Positions 22,534 through 34,500 of a DNA stretch of 64,000 nucleotides are shown piece by piece. The DNA lies in NCBI GenBank assembly GCA_001724265.1, contig MEDY01000072.1, positions 1 through 64,000 on the forward strand. The letters are read 5' to 3'. Made by a program: the position numbers and the translations under genes. The stretch comes from Rhizaria sp. SCN 62-66 (lineage: Eukaryota). Under the pieces are notes generated by a model. It saw only the letters and a program-made list of their open reading frames with translations. It searched no databases and was not told the DNA's origin. Position 1 is the first letter of the stretch, and the number at the start of each line of letters is the position of its first letter.

Positions 22534-24171
22534 ATGGCAGCACGCGCCCCTGCTGTGCCAAAGGGGCTGGCTAACACAACAGCCGTGCACCGGATCGTGG
22601 TACATTTGGTTGTTGGCCCGATCCCCGCGCAGACCGGCATCCAGCCTTTAACTTCAGCCTCATTCTCGTCTACATCGCACCTCGCTGCGCTGGCTGCGAC
22701 GGGCCACCGCGTCCCCTCTACCCGCGGCTCTGGTTCCGGCAGCGGCGACGACGCAGACAGCTTCGACCCCTTTGCAAGCTACCCGCAGGGCGACGCCGCG
22801 AACGTGGGGCCCACCGGCTACCCCTTTACGCAGCCGCGCAAGGACCCTCTGCTACTCTCGCCAATGTCATCGTCTCAGAGGGCCTCCTCTGCCTCCTCCG
22901 CAGCGGGCTCAGCTGCCGCTCACGCTGACCCCGCTGCGACATACCGCCTCGTTTTTGACAAAGTATTTGTTATGGCCAAAGACTCCGTGCGTTTTGCGCT
23001 CGAAGAGGTCACGCAGCTCGCCCCACCGCACCTCAGCTGGCTGACCCCGGCGCGCATGCAGGTGTTTCTGGCCCCCGCGCCCAGTCACCCCGGCGTGCCC
23101 GCGGCCGAGGACCCCGCGGCCGTGTTTGCGCCGGGCGCTGCGCTGTCGCATGACACACTGCTTCACTCGCTGCTTGTGGCGCGCGACCGCCGCATTGCGG
23201 AGCAGGCCACCGCCGCGGCCGCCGCCGCCATCGCCGCCAAGATGACTGACGAGGAAGTGCTCCAGTCCATCGCGCGCGCGCACCGGCCCAAGACGGCCGC
23301 CGAGGAGGCTGCCGCCGCTGCCGCGCTGGCCGCCGCCACGGCGACCGCGCCGCCGCCACCGCCGCCGCCGCCGATTGAGTTCGTAGTCTTCGCGGGCGCG
23401 TGCCCCGGTCTGTCCACCGGCTCCACGGAATGGGCGTACCCGCTACCCCGGCCCGCCGCGGCCGCCGTCGCCGCGCTCCACCCCTCGCTCGCGGCCGGCG
23501 CGGTCCGCCCGCAGCAGCTCGACTCAGCGGCGCGCCGCGCGCTGGCGGATGCCGTGACGGGCGTCGCGCGAGGCTCGCTCGCGGTGAGCGCCGGCGGCGC
23601 CGTGCGGCCGCTGCCCGGCGCGGCGTCGGCGCAGGCACGGCGCCGCATCGCGGGGCTGTGCGGGCTGCTCGACGCGGACCCCGAGAGCGTGCGCAGCGCA
23701 GGGCTGTTCACCAACGCCGCCGCCCGCAGCGCCGCGGCCGGCGGTGGCGCCACGTGCGGGCCTGGCGGACTCCCGACCGACGGACTCGGCTTCGGCGCCT
23801 GTCCCAGGCTGCGCGAGCTCGAGACGACGCTGCTGCCGCCGCACCTGCGCGCAGACTACGCGGGCCGCCTCCGCGCGCCGCCGCCGGCCGTGGCAGCGCT
23901 GGCCGCGCGCGTGGCGCAGCGCACGGCGCCCTATATTACCGAGGCGGGGGCGCACGCCAAGGCCGTGGGGGAGAAGGCGCGCGACGGCGAGATCGAGAAG
24001 GAGGCGTTTATGCTTGCAATGGGCTTTGGCGGCCGCAGCGCAGTGACCGGGGCCGCGGGCGGCGCGGCGGGCAGCGCCGGCGCGCAGGGCGGCGCCGGCG
24101 CGGGCGTGGGCGGTGCCGGGGCGGGGTCTGGCGGCTCGGGCGTGGGGCTCAGCGTCGGTGGCATGCGCTGA
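22534..24171 (+). CDS. Hypothetical Ala/Pro/Gly-rich protein
   Basis: 545-aa ATG-TGA ORF coinciding with a GC-rich island between AT-rich spacers. No family recognised. Confidence 0.7.
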   Translation: MAARAPAVPKGLANTTAVHRIVVHLVVGPIPAQTGIQPLTSASFSSTSHLAALAATGHRVPSTRGSGSGSGDDADSFDPFASYPQGDAANVGPTGYPFTQPRKDPLLLSPMSSSQRASSASSAAGSAAAHADPAATYRLVFDKVFVMAKDSVRFALEEVTQLAPPHLSWLTPARMQVFLAPAPSHPGVPAAEDPAAVFAPGAALSHDTLLHSLLVARDRRIAEQATAAAAAAIAAKMTDEEVLQSIARAHRPKTAAEEAAAAAALAAATATAPPPPPPPPIEFVVFAGACPGLSTGSTEWAYPLPRPAAAAVAALHPSLAAGAVRPQQLDSAARRALADAVTGVARGSLAVSAGGAVRPLPGAASAQARRRIAGLCGLLDADPESVRSAGLFTNAAARSAAAGGGATCGPGGLPTDGLGFGACPRLRELETTLLPPHLRADYAGRLRAPPPAVAALAARVAQRTAPYITEAGAHAKAVGEKARDGEIEKEAFMLAMGFGGRSAVTGAAGGAAGSAGAQGGAGAGVGGAGAGSGGSGVGLSVGGMR

Positions 24172-26425
24172 ATGTTAAATGAACGACACGATTGATTCAT
24201 TTATCGAAACTGAACATACGGTGATGCAACCACGTAGAAGAATGTGATGCTTCTCATGTGGGGCCATATACGTACAGATGGCCTGTGGAATACAACAGTA
24301 GTGTCTTCTTATCTTGATTTCTTTTCGACTGGTGATTGGCGATATAAGTAAGAATATGTATTGGTTGGTTAAAAGAAACTGTTCGGCAGCGTGAAAGCAT
24401 AAAGTAGAGATCTTGGCTTAGTGATAGCGTTGTCGTCAGCCGCGTGTGAGGACGGGAGCGTTTGTGAGAGCGGGTGCACTTGGGCATTGTAGAGCATGAG
24501 CATGTGTGTCTTGTGTCGCGTATGTACAGTCGAGAGATAATCGCGAATATTAAACTTAAAAACGACATAAGCAAGAACACACCGCACTGCTGCGAAGATG
24601 AGAAGAAAGAGAATACACGCACTGGCGTGCGCGTGCGCGTGTAAGGCGCACGCGTGAGTGCGAGTGCGCGTGCGAGGCGAGAGAGAAGAAGAGAAAGGGC
24701 ACGGACAGCCGTGCGCGTGTGGAGAGACGGTCACTGGATAAGTCACGGAGAAAGAGGTGGCAAAGCACCCGTTACCCGGTCACATAACTGAGCAAGTGGA
24801 GAGTGGTGGCACAAAGCGGCGGAAAGAGACGAAACGAGAAGCGAGGGGAAAAACGAGAAAGATGCGGGCGCGCACGCGAACGCTGGCCGCCCGCTCGCGG
24901 GCGGGCGGAGTCGCGGGGGGAGGGGGAGCGAACAAACAGGTGGGACCAAACAAAAAGGAAAGAGAGAGAATGGGGCCGAAGACAGCCGCAAACACAACCA
25001 GGCCAAAGAGGACGAAATACAACAGTTGTAGTATCTGTGAGAGTGAAGTGGCAGAAAGCACAGCATGAGTGAGTACGCTGGAACACAGCGGCGCGCTCAG
25101 CCTGTGTGTGTGCACTAAATACGACTATTACCAAGCAATAGTATGGCTCAATGAGACCACCTGGCGGTTTCAGATCACAGCATGCGCGTGTACAGGTGAT
25201 GAATGCTCGCTCTCGGCCGCCGCACTGACACAGCGGCGACTGCAAACAGCAGCCGCAGCGGCAAGAGTGCAGCGGCAGAGACAGGAGCGACAACAGGAAC
25301 AACACGTGTCGCTGTGACTGTGTGTGACAGAGTGGCACGGAAACGCAGTCGTCGTTACGGAGTCGTCAGCACAGTGGGGGCGGCGACGCAGCGCGCGAGC
25401 TGGAGGACTGGATTGGATAGCACAGTACACGGGAGGTTACTTTGCTTTTGCTTTGCTTTAAAAAGGAAAAAATCAAAACTTAAGGGGGTAAAAAAGACCG
25501 AAAATAAACAGATTGACAAACAAACAAATGATTAGGCAAACGAACAAACATCGAAAGCAAGCGCGGGCACAGGGGCCCTTCACACGCTCTCACTCATCAC
25601 AAAACGGCACAAGTACACAAACAAGCACATGTCCCCAGGTGTGCAAAGCCACATCAGTACACCACGACGGCAAAAATGCGCAAGTGGGAAAGAGTATGGG
25701 CTCGGCGCAGCGGGGCAGAGTCGGTAAATCATGGCAAACCAATCGGAGTCGCCGTGCTGGACAGGGTCACAGTCGCAGACACATGTGCGAGCAAGTCGCA
25801 CGCCGGCGCGCGCAGACCGAGGACGCGGGGTTGGCGGCGCGGGCAAGTGCGCGCGCACAGCCGCCCGTCAGCAGACTGGGGGCTCGGGTGGAGATTGGTC
25901 AGCTTAAACAGTGCGTGAGTGAGTGCGGAGCAGATCGTGATTGCAGGGAACAGAAGGGGCAAACCGACAGTGTTGCGGGTGTAAGTAAGCAGGCCCGGAG
26001 GATCCGACAAAATCAATGTTGGGCGTAAATGAAACAAACGTAATAAACGCTGGTTGTGCAGGAGAAAAACCAATAAGTCTGGCAGAGCATGCACGAGGTA
26101 ACGGCGAAAGAGTGATAACAGTGACAAAACAGCAGCGACGGGGGCAGGGTGGCAGGGCAAATCACATCTATCTACTATACAGATGAATAATAAATCAGCA
26201 ATCAAATGTACATAGCTTCGCGCCACACTCCCCCGTCACACAGTCAATACATGCGTGCGCAAAGATACGCGCGCCTCATGACAATAGTCTCACATGCCAA
26301 ACAAAATCACACTCACAATGAAGCGTTATCGTGCTTACAACAACAAAAACAACAAGACTAAAAAAGGACTGGGGATAAGGACAGACAACGAGACCGCAGC
26401 ATTACTCATTAAAACGTCATATGCT

Positions 26426-26467
26426 GCTTCGCGCTTCGCGCTTCGCGCTATGCGCTTTGCGCTTTGC
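26426..26467. repeat. Degenerate 7-bp tandem repeat just 3' of the Ric-8 stop codon
   Basis: gcttcgc gcttcgc gcttcgc gctatgc gctttgc gctttgc on the + strand. Confidence 0.85.
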
Positions 26468-26473
26468 TCTAGC

Positions 26474-29400
26474 TTAGCCCGTGAGTCCAGGGACGGAGCC
26501 GGGGAAGAGGCCCATGCGCACGAGAGTGCCGGCGGCGAGCCCCATGCCGACGTAGCGCACGAACTCGTCCTTGCTGCGGTTGCACAGCAGGAACAGCAAG
26601 TCGCCCACGGTCACCGCGAGCTCGGGCCGCTGCGACGCCAGCAGCAGCGTCAGGCGCGCGCCCATCGTCACGTTGAACATACCGTCCAGGTTGTGCGCGG
26701 ACGGCGCGTCGGCGGGCAGCAACGACAGCGTCTCCGCCACCGACGGGTCCCGAGCGGCGGCCGCGGCGGCGGCGCGCGCGGCCTGGATGGCGGCGGGTCC
26801 CTCTGCATACTGCTCGCGCGGCAGCGCCAGCAGCGGGTGCAGCCGCAGCCCGACAAGCGAGCGCGCGGCAGCAGCGCTAACCTCGACCGCGGGTCCGGCC
26901 TCAGCGCCACCGCCGCGGTGCTCGGGCCGCCGCTGCCGCGGGTCGCGCGCCCAGTAGAGCGCGGAGACGCGCGCGGCGCCGAAGACCTCGCGCTTGACGC
27001 GGCGGCGCACGTGATCGCAGGCGCCGGCCACGGCGTGGAGCGCGATGAGCAGCGGCAGCAGCGCGTCGACGGCGGCCGTGGCGGCGTCGGCCTCGGCGAC
27101 GGCGGCGCGCACGGCGGCCGTGCCCAGCATCGGCGCTGGCGGGGCGACGCGCGTGAGCGCGGCCTCGAGCGCGAGGATGAGGAACGAGACCGCGAAGCCG
27201 TTCTCACCCATGACACGCATGTGCTGCTCGGGCACCATGGGCAGCAGCCGCACGACCTCGTCCTTGAGCTCGAGCAGCGAGACGCCGTCCTCGGTCGTCG
27301 GCGTGATCAGCGCGTCGGGCCCCGCGGTGGCGGGGGGTACTGCGGAGAGCACGCGGCGCGCTGCGCGGGAGCCGTAAGTGGCGATGAGCTGCTGCTCCTC
27401 GGGCGAGATGAGCGGCATGCGGCCCAGCGTCATGGCCTGCGTGGCGGCGCGCAGCTCCGCGGCCGCCGCAGCGACGAGCTGATCAAGCAGCGCGGCGCCC
27501 GCGCGGCCGTGGCGCGACGAGGGCGCGTAGGACACGAAGGCCGCCACGGACAGCGCGCGCAGCACGCGCGGCGCGCCCTCGGTCAGCATCACGGCCGGGA
27601 TCGCCGCCACGGAGAAGGTACGGTCCGCGCCAGAGCCGGCGCCGGGGCGGCCGGTAGCGCCGGGCGAGGAGGCGAGCACCCAGTCGCCGCCGCGCACGCG
27701 CGCGCGCCGAATGCCGCCCGTGGCGAGCGCGGATCGCGCGCGCGCAACCTCCTTGGACAGCGCGTCGCGCGCGGGGTCGTCGGGCGCGAGCGACTGCAGG
27801 CGCTGCAGCGCGTCAAGCAGCGCACGGTCCGTGGCGTCGTCGGCCGGCGGCGCCGCGTCGCCGGCCTCGATGCCGTTGACGTCGGGCACGCCCGCCGCGG
27901 CCGAAACGGCCGTGTCGGCCAGCAGCGCGCGCGCGAGGCGGCCCGTGGCGCAGGCGGGCGCGCGCCTCAGCAGCGCGCGCATGGCGGCGGCGGGCACGTG
28001 CGCGCGCGGCAGCACGGGCACGCCGCGCGCGAGCAGCGGCCGCGCGGGCTGCGACGGAAGGCGACCCGCGGTCGACGCGTCGACTACCTCGGCCACGGCG
28101 GCCACGGCGCGGACCTGCGCCGCCGCGAGCGAGCAGCGCTGCGTGGGCTTCAGCGCGGCGAGCGCGGCCAGGGCCGGCGGGCGCGTGTCCGGCACGGGCG
28201 CAGGGACCCAGCCAGCGGGCAGCCATGAGGGGTCCTGCGCCAACGGCACCGACGCGGGCGGCGACGCGAGCAGCACGGCCTGCGCGGCCGACAGCGGCGC
28301 CACGGGCAGCGTCGCCGTCTGCGGCGCGGCCTCGGCGGCGGCGGCGGCCACCGCCGAGACCGAGGCCGCGTAGCTCGACGAGCGCGATAGCGACGGGACC
28401 GACAGCGATGACGCCGCCGCGGCCGCAGCGGACGCAGCCGAGGCTGCCGACGACGCGGGCGCCAGCGCGGACCCCCCAGCGGCGGCGCCGGTGGCCGTGG
28501 GCGGCAGCGGCGACTGCGTGCGCGCGGCCGCGCCCCCCGCAGCGCCGGCGGCGGCGGCCTCTGCGGCGGCGTGCGAGCGGAAGCCCGAGGGCGAGATGGC
28601 GGGCTGCAGGAAACCCGCGCGCGCGGAGGCCGGCGACGACGCGCCCGACCGCGGCGGCACCGACACGTGCAGGTGCGAGCTGACGTGCGCAGGCGTCGCC
28701 GCGCCACTGCCGCAGCCGTTGCCGTTGGCGCCGCCGCGGTCGGGCTCGGGGCCGTCGGGCGTCATCTGCTTGGCCGTCTTGCACGCAACGCCCCACCCGT
28801 GCTCGGTCCCGGCGTCACGCGTCAGCAGCAGCGCGCGCCGGCAGTGGCCCGCGCGCAGCGCCACGAGGGCACCACCGCCGCCGCTACTGCCGCCGCCCGC
28901 GGCGTTGGCGGGGCCGAGCGCGGGGGAGCCAGTGCCGGTGCTGGCGTTAGAGCCGCCCGAGCCGCGGAGGCGCAGCGGGCGTGACGCGCTGTGCGGCGAC
29001 GCGGAGGACACGGACGCGGTCGAGCACGACGCCGCCGAGGAGAAAGTCGCGGACGACGTCGCCATGCCGCCGCCGCCGTTGCTGCCGCAGCCTATGCCGG
29101 AGAAGAGCGGGGCCGAGGTTAGCGGCAGCGGGGCCGGCAGCGAGGCGTGACGGTCGTCCTCGTCCATCGCGGACTCAGTTACCGAGTCGCCGAAGGAGGA
29201 CTCGGCGCCCGGGTCCGGCGTGGGGGCCTGGCCCGCGGCCGCCGCGGCGTCTGCGTCTGGCCACGCGCGCGCGCAGTCGTAGAGCCCTGAATCGGGGTCG
29301 ACCAGCACCGTGAGCATGCAGCGGCACGAGCGCCGCGTGCACGTGCCCGTCCCGCACTCGCCCTGCGCTGCGCTGTTGTTATTGTTAGCATTCTTGTTGG

Positions 29401-30949
29401 TGGAGGCGGCGTGCGCGGGGTCAAAGTGTTCGAGCGCAAGCGCAGGCACGGCGCCGACGCCAGAGGACCCCAGGCCGTCGAGCAGCAGCGTGCGGCGCCA
29501 GGAGGGCGTGCCCAGACACGCCGACGCGGCGCTCTCTCTGCCGTCGGGCCCCGGGAGGCAGAGCCGGCGCACACGCTCGGCGTCGGCCTGCAGCGGGGGT
29601 GCGCCGACGCCGAGCAACCAGCCGCAGCGGACCGCGAAGTCCCAGAAGAGCTGCGCGTTGGAACACGCCACCGCGGCCTCTGGCGGCGCGCGCGAAAGCG
29701 CGATGAAGAGCAGCCGCAGCGCCTCGCGGACGAGCGCGCGCACGCCCGCGGACGTGGCGCCCAAACCGGCGACCGAGAGCGGGTCGAAGGCGAGCGCGCC
29801 GTCGGTAACCGAGGGTCCCGCGGCCGCGGCGGGCGCGGGCTGGTTGGCCGCGTTGGCGCTCGCGGCGGCGGCGAGGGTCTGAGCGTCGACGGGCATGCGC
29901 GCGAAGCCCGAGGCGACGGCCGTGATGGCGGCCGTGACGGCGACGGTGGCGCTGGCGGCGATGGCGCTGGCCGTGGCCGCCGCGACGGGGTCCGGGATGA
30001 TCACCGGCGTGCCCTGCACGAGTGAGAGCGTGGCGCACACGTGGTCGTAGTTGGCGCCCGCCGTGATCACCATCGGCGGCGCGGGCGGCGGCGAGGCCGG
30101 GATCGAGGCGCCCGACACAGAGGTCTGCGTGACGATCGTCTGGTAGAGCGCGTTGAGCAGCCCCAGGCGCACGGCGGTCTGCGCCAGCGCGGCGTCGGAG
30201 CACAGGAAGAGCAGCGCGCGGCACGACGCGCGGCGCGTCTCGGCGCAAAAGAGCGGCGTCTTGAGCAGCACGATGAGCTGGACTAGCACCACGGGCGCAT
30301 GCGCGGGCGGGCGCGAGAGCTCCTCGGCCAGGCTGACCGCGGGCGCGGGGGCGGGCCCCGCGGAGAGCGTCGACATGGGGACCTGCGAGCGCAGCACCAC
30401 GTCCTGCGCTGCGGGTGGGTCGACGATGCAGAGATTTTGGATGAGCCGCGCGGCCTCCATGGCGTAGGTGAGGCAGTAGGGCTGGTGCTCAGCGAGGAAG
30501 AGTAGCGAGTGCGAGTGCACGGGCACCAGCAGCGGCTGCAGGCGCATCGCCACGGCGCAGATGCGCGCGCACGAAACCGAGATCGAGAGTACAGAGGTAA
30601 AGAAGCGCGTCGTAAAGAGCGGCGCCAGGCCCTGGCGCAGGCGTGAGATGCACTTGAGCGCGGCGACGATGGCCGTGGCGAAGTGGACTGTGTTGAGGTT
30701 GATTAGCACCGATGGCACGACGAGCGACTCGGGCGAACCGTCGGGGAAGATGGACGCCAGAGATTCGAGCAGCACCACCAAGTACGCATTGATGCGCTGG
30801 ACGTCAGCGACGGACAGCGACGCGTCGGTGGCGAACACATTAGAGTAGCGTTTGGCGAACTCAGCGAAGACGCGAGTCCATTCCAACCACAGGTGTCTCT
30901 CGGGAAGGCCGTGCGGGGATGAGTCCACGAGGCTTAAAAGCTCTCGCAT
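26474..30949 (-). CDS. RIC8: Ric-8/synembryn-like G-alpha chaperone/GEF with large low-complexity insertions
   Basis: C-terminal block RRRVKREVF...TMGARLTLLLAS...VGDLLFLLCNRSKDEFVRYVGMGLAAGTLVRMGL matches the Ric-8 LFxLC...FxxYxGxGxAAGxL signature. The N-terminal region is ARM/HEAT-like helical. ATG at 30949. Confidence 0.8.
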   Translation of the reverse strand: MRELLSLVDSSPHGLPERHLWLEWTRVFAEFAKRYSNVFATDASLSVADVQRINAYLVVLLESLASIFPDGSPESLVVPSVLINLNTVHFATAIVAALKCISRLRQGLAPLFTTRFFTSVLSISVSCARICAVAMRLQPLLVPVHSHSLLFLAEHQPYCLTYAMEAARLIQNLCIVDPPAAQDVVLRSQVPMSTLSAGPAPAPAVSLAEELSRPPAHAPVVLVQLIVLLKTPLFCAETRRASCRALLFLCSDAALAQTAVRLGLLNALYQTIVTQTSVSGASIPASPPPAPPMVITAGANYDHVCATLSLVQGTPVIIPDPVAAATASAIAASATVAVTAAITAVASGFARMPVDAQTLAAAASANAANQPAPAAAAGPSVTDGALAFDPLSVAGLGATSAGVRALVREALRLLFIALSRAPPEAAVACSNAQLFWDFAVRCGWLLGVGAPPLQADAERVRRLCLPGPDGRESAASACLGTPSWRRTLLLDGLGSSGVGAVPALALEHFDPAHAASTNKNANNNNSAAQGECGTGTCTRRSCRCMLTVLVDPDSGLYDCARAWPDADAAAAAGQAPTPDPGAESSFGDSVTESAMDEDDRHASLPAPLPLTSAPLFSGIGCGSNGGGGMATSSATFSSAASCSTASVSSASPHSASRPLRLRGSGGSNASTGTGSPALGPANAAGGGSSGGGGALVALRAGHCRRALLLTRDAGTEHGWGVACKTAKQMTPDGPEPDRGGANGNGCGSGAATPAHVSSHLHVSVPPRSGASSPASARAGFLQPAISPSGFRSHAAAEAAAAGAAGGAAARTQSPLPPTATGAAAGGSALAPASSAASAASAAAAAASSLSVPSLSRSSSYAASVSAVAAAAAEAAPQTATLPVAPLSAAQAVLLASPPASVPLAQDPSWLPAGWVPAPVPDTRPPALAALAALKPTQRCSLAAAQVRAVAAVAEVVDASTAGRLPSQPARPLLARGVPVLPRAHVPAAAMRALLRRAPACATGRLARALLADTAVSAAAGVPDVNGIEAGDAAPPADDATDRALLDALQRLQSLAPDDPARDALSKEVARARSALATGGIRRARVRGGDWVLASSPGATGRPGAGSGADRTFSVAAIPAVMLTEGAPRVLRALSVAAFVSYAPSSRHGRAGAALLDQLVAAAAAELRAATQAMTLGRMPLISPEEQQLIATYGSRAARRVLSAVPPATAGPDALITPTTEDGVSLLELKDEVVRLLPMVPEQHMRVMGENGFAVSFLILALEAALTRVAPPAPMLGTAAVRAAVAEADAATAAVDALLPLLIALHAVAGACDHVRRRVKREVFGAARVSALYWARDPRQRRPEHRGGGAEAGPAVEVSAAAARSLVGLRLHPLLALPREQYAEGPAAIQAARAAAAAAARDPSVAETLSLLPADAPSAHNLDGMFNVTMGARLTLLLASQRPELAVTVGDLLFLLCNRSKDEFVRYVGMGLAAGTLVRMGLFPGSVPGLTG

Positions 30950-31534
30950 TTGACCCACAGGTAGAGCAACTCAAATAAGTGGTGTGAAAAGGAGGCTAGC
31001 GGAAAGCACAAAGAACAAGGTGGACAAGGTGAGAATGGAGATCCAGCAACAGGGGAGCAACACAATGCAGGGACACCTCGCGTCAATACAGCGCATAGAC
31101 AGCGAGTCTAGACGCCACTAAAGATAAAATGAAGATATTCCGCGTGGCACTCAACTGTGAGACTATTACCAAGGGGCCGAGTCTGAACCAACCAGCGCAG
31201 CACCTGTGTTTGAATTGATAATTCTTCGTCTTCGGCCGAGCGTCGTCAATACAGCAACACCGAACACGCATTTTTAGGAACCGGTCCCAAGCGAGTGCGA
31301 GTACCAAGTGAAAATCCCTTGATAGAAAGTCGCAACTAAAAATGATGCAACAACAAAGAAATGAAACATGATTATGTATTGCTTTTGAATCAAATAAACG
31401 AGGTTTTACAACGGAACAAACAAACACGCAGAGAGCATAGAAACTAAACTTGTTTTCATTGAACGAAGCAGAAAAGGCCGCTCGCCAGTTACAGTCGTGA
31501 AAGCTTTATATTTTCAGGAGCGAATACTTCGGCC

Positions 31535-34500
31535 TTACATCTTCTCAGTGCGGATCACGGCCCACATGTCCTGCAGCGCGGTCTGAAGGTCATCCATGGA
31601 CGCCACGGGGCGGACGGGCATGGACCGACGCGCGCCGTCGGCCACATTGGTCCTCTCACGGACGAGCGCGGCGACGACCGTGGGCAGTGCCGTGCCCGCG
31701 CCCGTGCCGACTGCAAGGCGCCAGGCCGCCGCGGGAGTCACAGCCGCGGCCAGCGCCGCCGCCTGCGCCGCCAGCGCGGGCTCCACGCCCTCGTGCGCGC
31801 CCGAGAAAACCACGCGCGCTTCCTCGCGGCGCAGCGCAGTGGCGGCCGCGGCGGACGCGTCTGCCATCTCCGCCACCCAGGCCTGCAGCGCGGCGAGCAT
31901 CGCGTCCACGGTGGCGGGAAACGCAAATGACGGCGCGGCGGGCGCGGTGGCACCGGCCGCGGGGGACATGGCGCGTGAGAGCATCGCCGGGGACGCCGCT
32001 CTGGTAGCCGGGCTGGACGGCGTCGCGGCGGCCGCGGACGCAGATGCGGCGGCTGCGGCGGCCGCAGCGGAGGAAACGGCGCGTGCGTACCAGCCGCGCA
32101 TGGCGGCAAGCGCGGCCTCGAGTGATCCCGCGGTCTCAATCACCTGCGCTGCCGCGGCGACGCGCGAGAGCTCGCCGTACGCGTGGTTAAGCGCCGACAC
32201 CACAGCGCGCGGGCAGGTCGAGTCGTCCTCGGCCGTCGCGCACAGCGCGCGCATGCCGCGGCGCAGCGCCTCCCGCTGCGAGGCCGACACGCGCGCGCCG
32301 TGCGAGGCCACGGCGACTTCGGCGGCGCGCGCGGTCAGCTCCGCGGCGGTCGCGAAGCTCTGCTGCTGCACCGAGAGGCGCCAGAGCACGCGCAGAGTCG
32401 TCTCCAGCGCCTCCTCGTCCGCGCGGGCCGCGAGCGAGCCCTGGCCCGCGCCGGCGGCGCCGGACCAGAGCGCCAGGTCGGTGTGCGCGGCGCCGCACGC
32501 GCGGTGCAGCGCGAGGGCCTCGCTTGCCGTCAGCGCGGGCGGCTGGTCGCTCGCCAGGGACGAGCCGGACGGGCGCGGGGTCGCAGACGGGCGCGGCGTA
32601 GGGGCCGCAGACACCGGCACCACAGGGGCCGGCGCGGGCGTGGGTGCAGGCAGCGTAGTGGCGTGCTCGAAAGCAGCCGCAAAATCAGATGTCGACTTGG
32701 ACGAGCCAACATTCGCGCTGCTAGCAAGAGCTTTGGCAGACTGGAGCAGCGAGACGCCGGGGCGCGCAAGGAAGGCCTGGATGGCGTGAGCGGCGCGCGG
32801 GGCAAGCGTGGCGCGCGCCTGCGCAGCGCGGACGCGCGCAACGCCACGGGCGAGCGCGGCGGGGTCCTGCAGTGCAAGAACAGGCGGCGGCAGCGACGCG
32901 GCGCCCGCGGCCGTGGCGGCGGCGGGCAGCGCGGCGGCGCGGGACAGCGCACGGCGCGCTTCAACGATGAGGCCCACGAGCGCGAGCGCGAACGAGTCGG
33001 CGGCGCCGCCGCCCGCGAGCCACAGCTCGGCCATGACGTCGAAGGGCGCGGCAGCGACGGCGGCGACGAGCTCGGCGGAGCGCGGGTCCGCGGCGGTCGC
33101 AGCTGCGGCGGCCACGGCTGCGGCAGCGCCCTCGCCTTCGGGGTCAACACCCGCGAGCACGGACGCGTCCGCCGGCTGCGGCAGCGACGACGTAGGGGAG
33201 CCCGGCGCGGCGCTCACTGCGGCCACGGCGGCCGCGGCGGCCGCAATGGTCTCCGCGGCGTAGGGCGTCGTCAGCGCGGTCACGGCCGCGGCGCGCAGGT
33301 GTGCGTGCCAGACCGCGGCCTTAAGCTCTGCCAGTGAGCCCGCGGGCTGGGCGCGGCGCTGCGCGTGCGCCTCGGACAGCACGCGCACGGCGGCTAGCGC
33401 CGCGGCGGAGCGCCCGTCGGCGACCGAGAGCAGGTGCGCGGCGAGCACGCGTTCCTCGGCCTCGGCAAAGTCGGCGCTCGCGGCGGCGTCAGTGCCAGCG
33501 GACGCGGAAGGCGCTGGCGCATCGACGACAGCGAGCGACACGCCCTCGGTGGGCTCCCAAGTCTGTGCGCCGCCTGCGGCGGTCGCGGAGGGCACGGGTG
33601 CGGGCGCGGTTGCAGCGCCGAGCGTGCGCGCGTGCGCGCGGAGCTCGCGCAGCCCGTCGGCGTTGAGTAGGCCGCCACCGCGCACCACGGTGACAGCGTC
33701 GACCAGCGCGGCGGGCAGCGGGCCCGTCGGCGGCGGCAGCGGGCGTGACAGCGCGGCGGCGATGAGCGCGGCCTGCGGTGTCGCGGCGCCGTACTCGCTG
33801 TGCACGAGCGGGCCCGCAGGCTCGGCGAGCTCCGGCGCGGCGGACACGGCGCCGCCCTGGGACGCCGCCGCGGCCGCGTAGGCCTCGGGCAGCGACTCGA
33901 ACGAGCCCGGCAGCGGCACGCGCGCCAAGCGCAGGAACGCGCGGCCCGCGTTGAGCGGCTGCGGCTGCGGCGCCGGCTGCGCAAAGTTCACCTGTGGCTT
34001 CGCGGGCGCGAGCAGCGGCGCGGTGACGGCCGGGGCAGCGAGCGCCTCGGCGGAGAGCTCCACGAAGCCTAGCAGCGAGACGGCGCCGGAATTGGGCGCG
34101 GCGCCCTCGGCCGCGGGCGCGCGTAGCAGCACCTCGACGCGCGCGGCGGCGCCAGCGGGGAATAGCAGCGGCGCCTCGAAGGTGATCGTCTGCGCCGCGT
34201 CGTCAGCCGCGGTCGTCGCGGGCACGAAAGCAGTTTGCGCAGTGGCTTTGCCATCGGCGCCCGCAACACGCAGTGTGATGGTGCCCGAAAGCGGCGCCAG
34301 CGACAGCGCGCAGCACGACGCGCGCACCAGGCAGCGCGGGGCTGCGGCCGCCGCGGCGCCCGGGGCGCCGTAGGCGGCGAGCGCGGCACGCGCAAAGGCG
34401 TCGGACTCGGCAGAAGCACGCTTGGCGGCGTCAGCGGGCACGGCGTCGGAGCTGCCAGCGTCAGCGGGCGACTCGCCCATCGCGGCCGTGAGCAGGAGCT

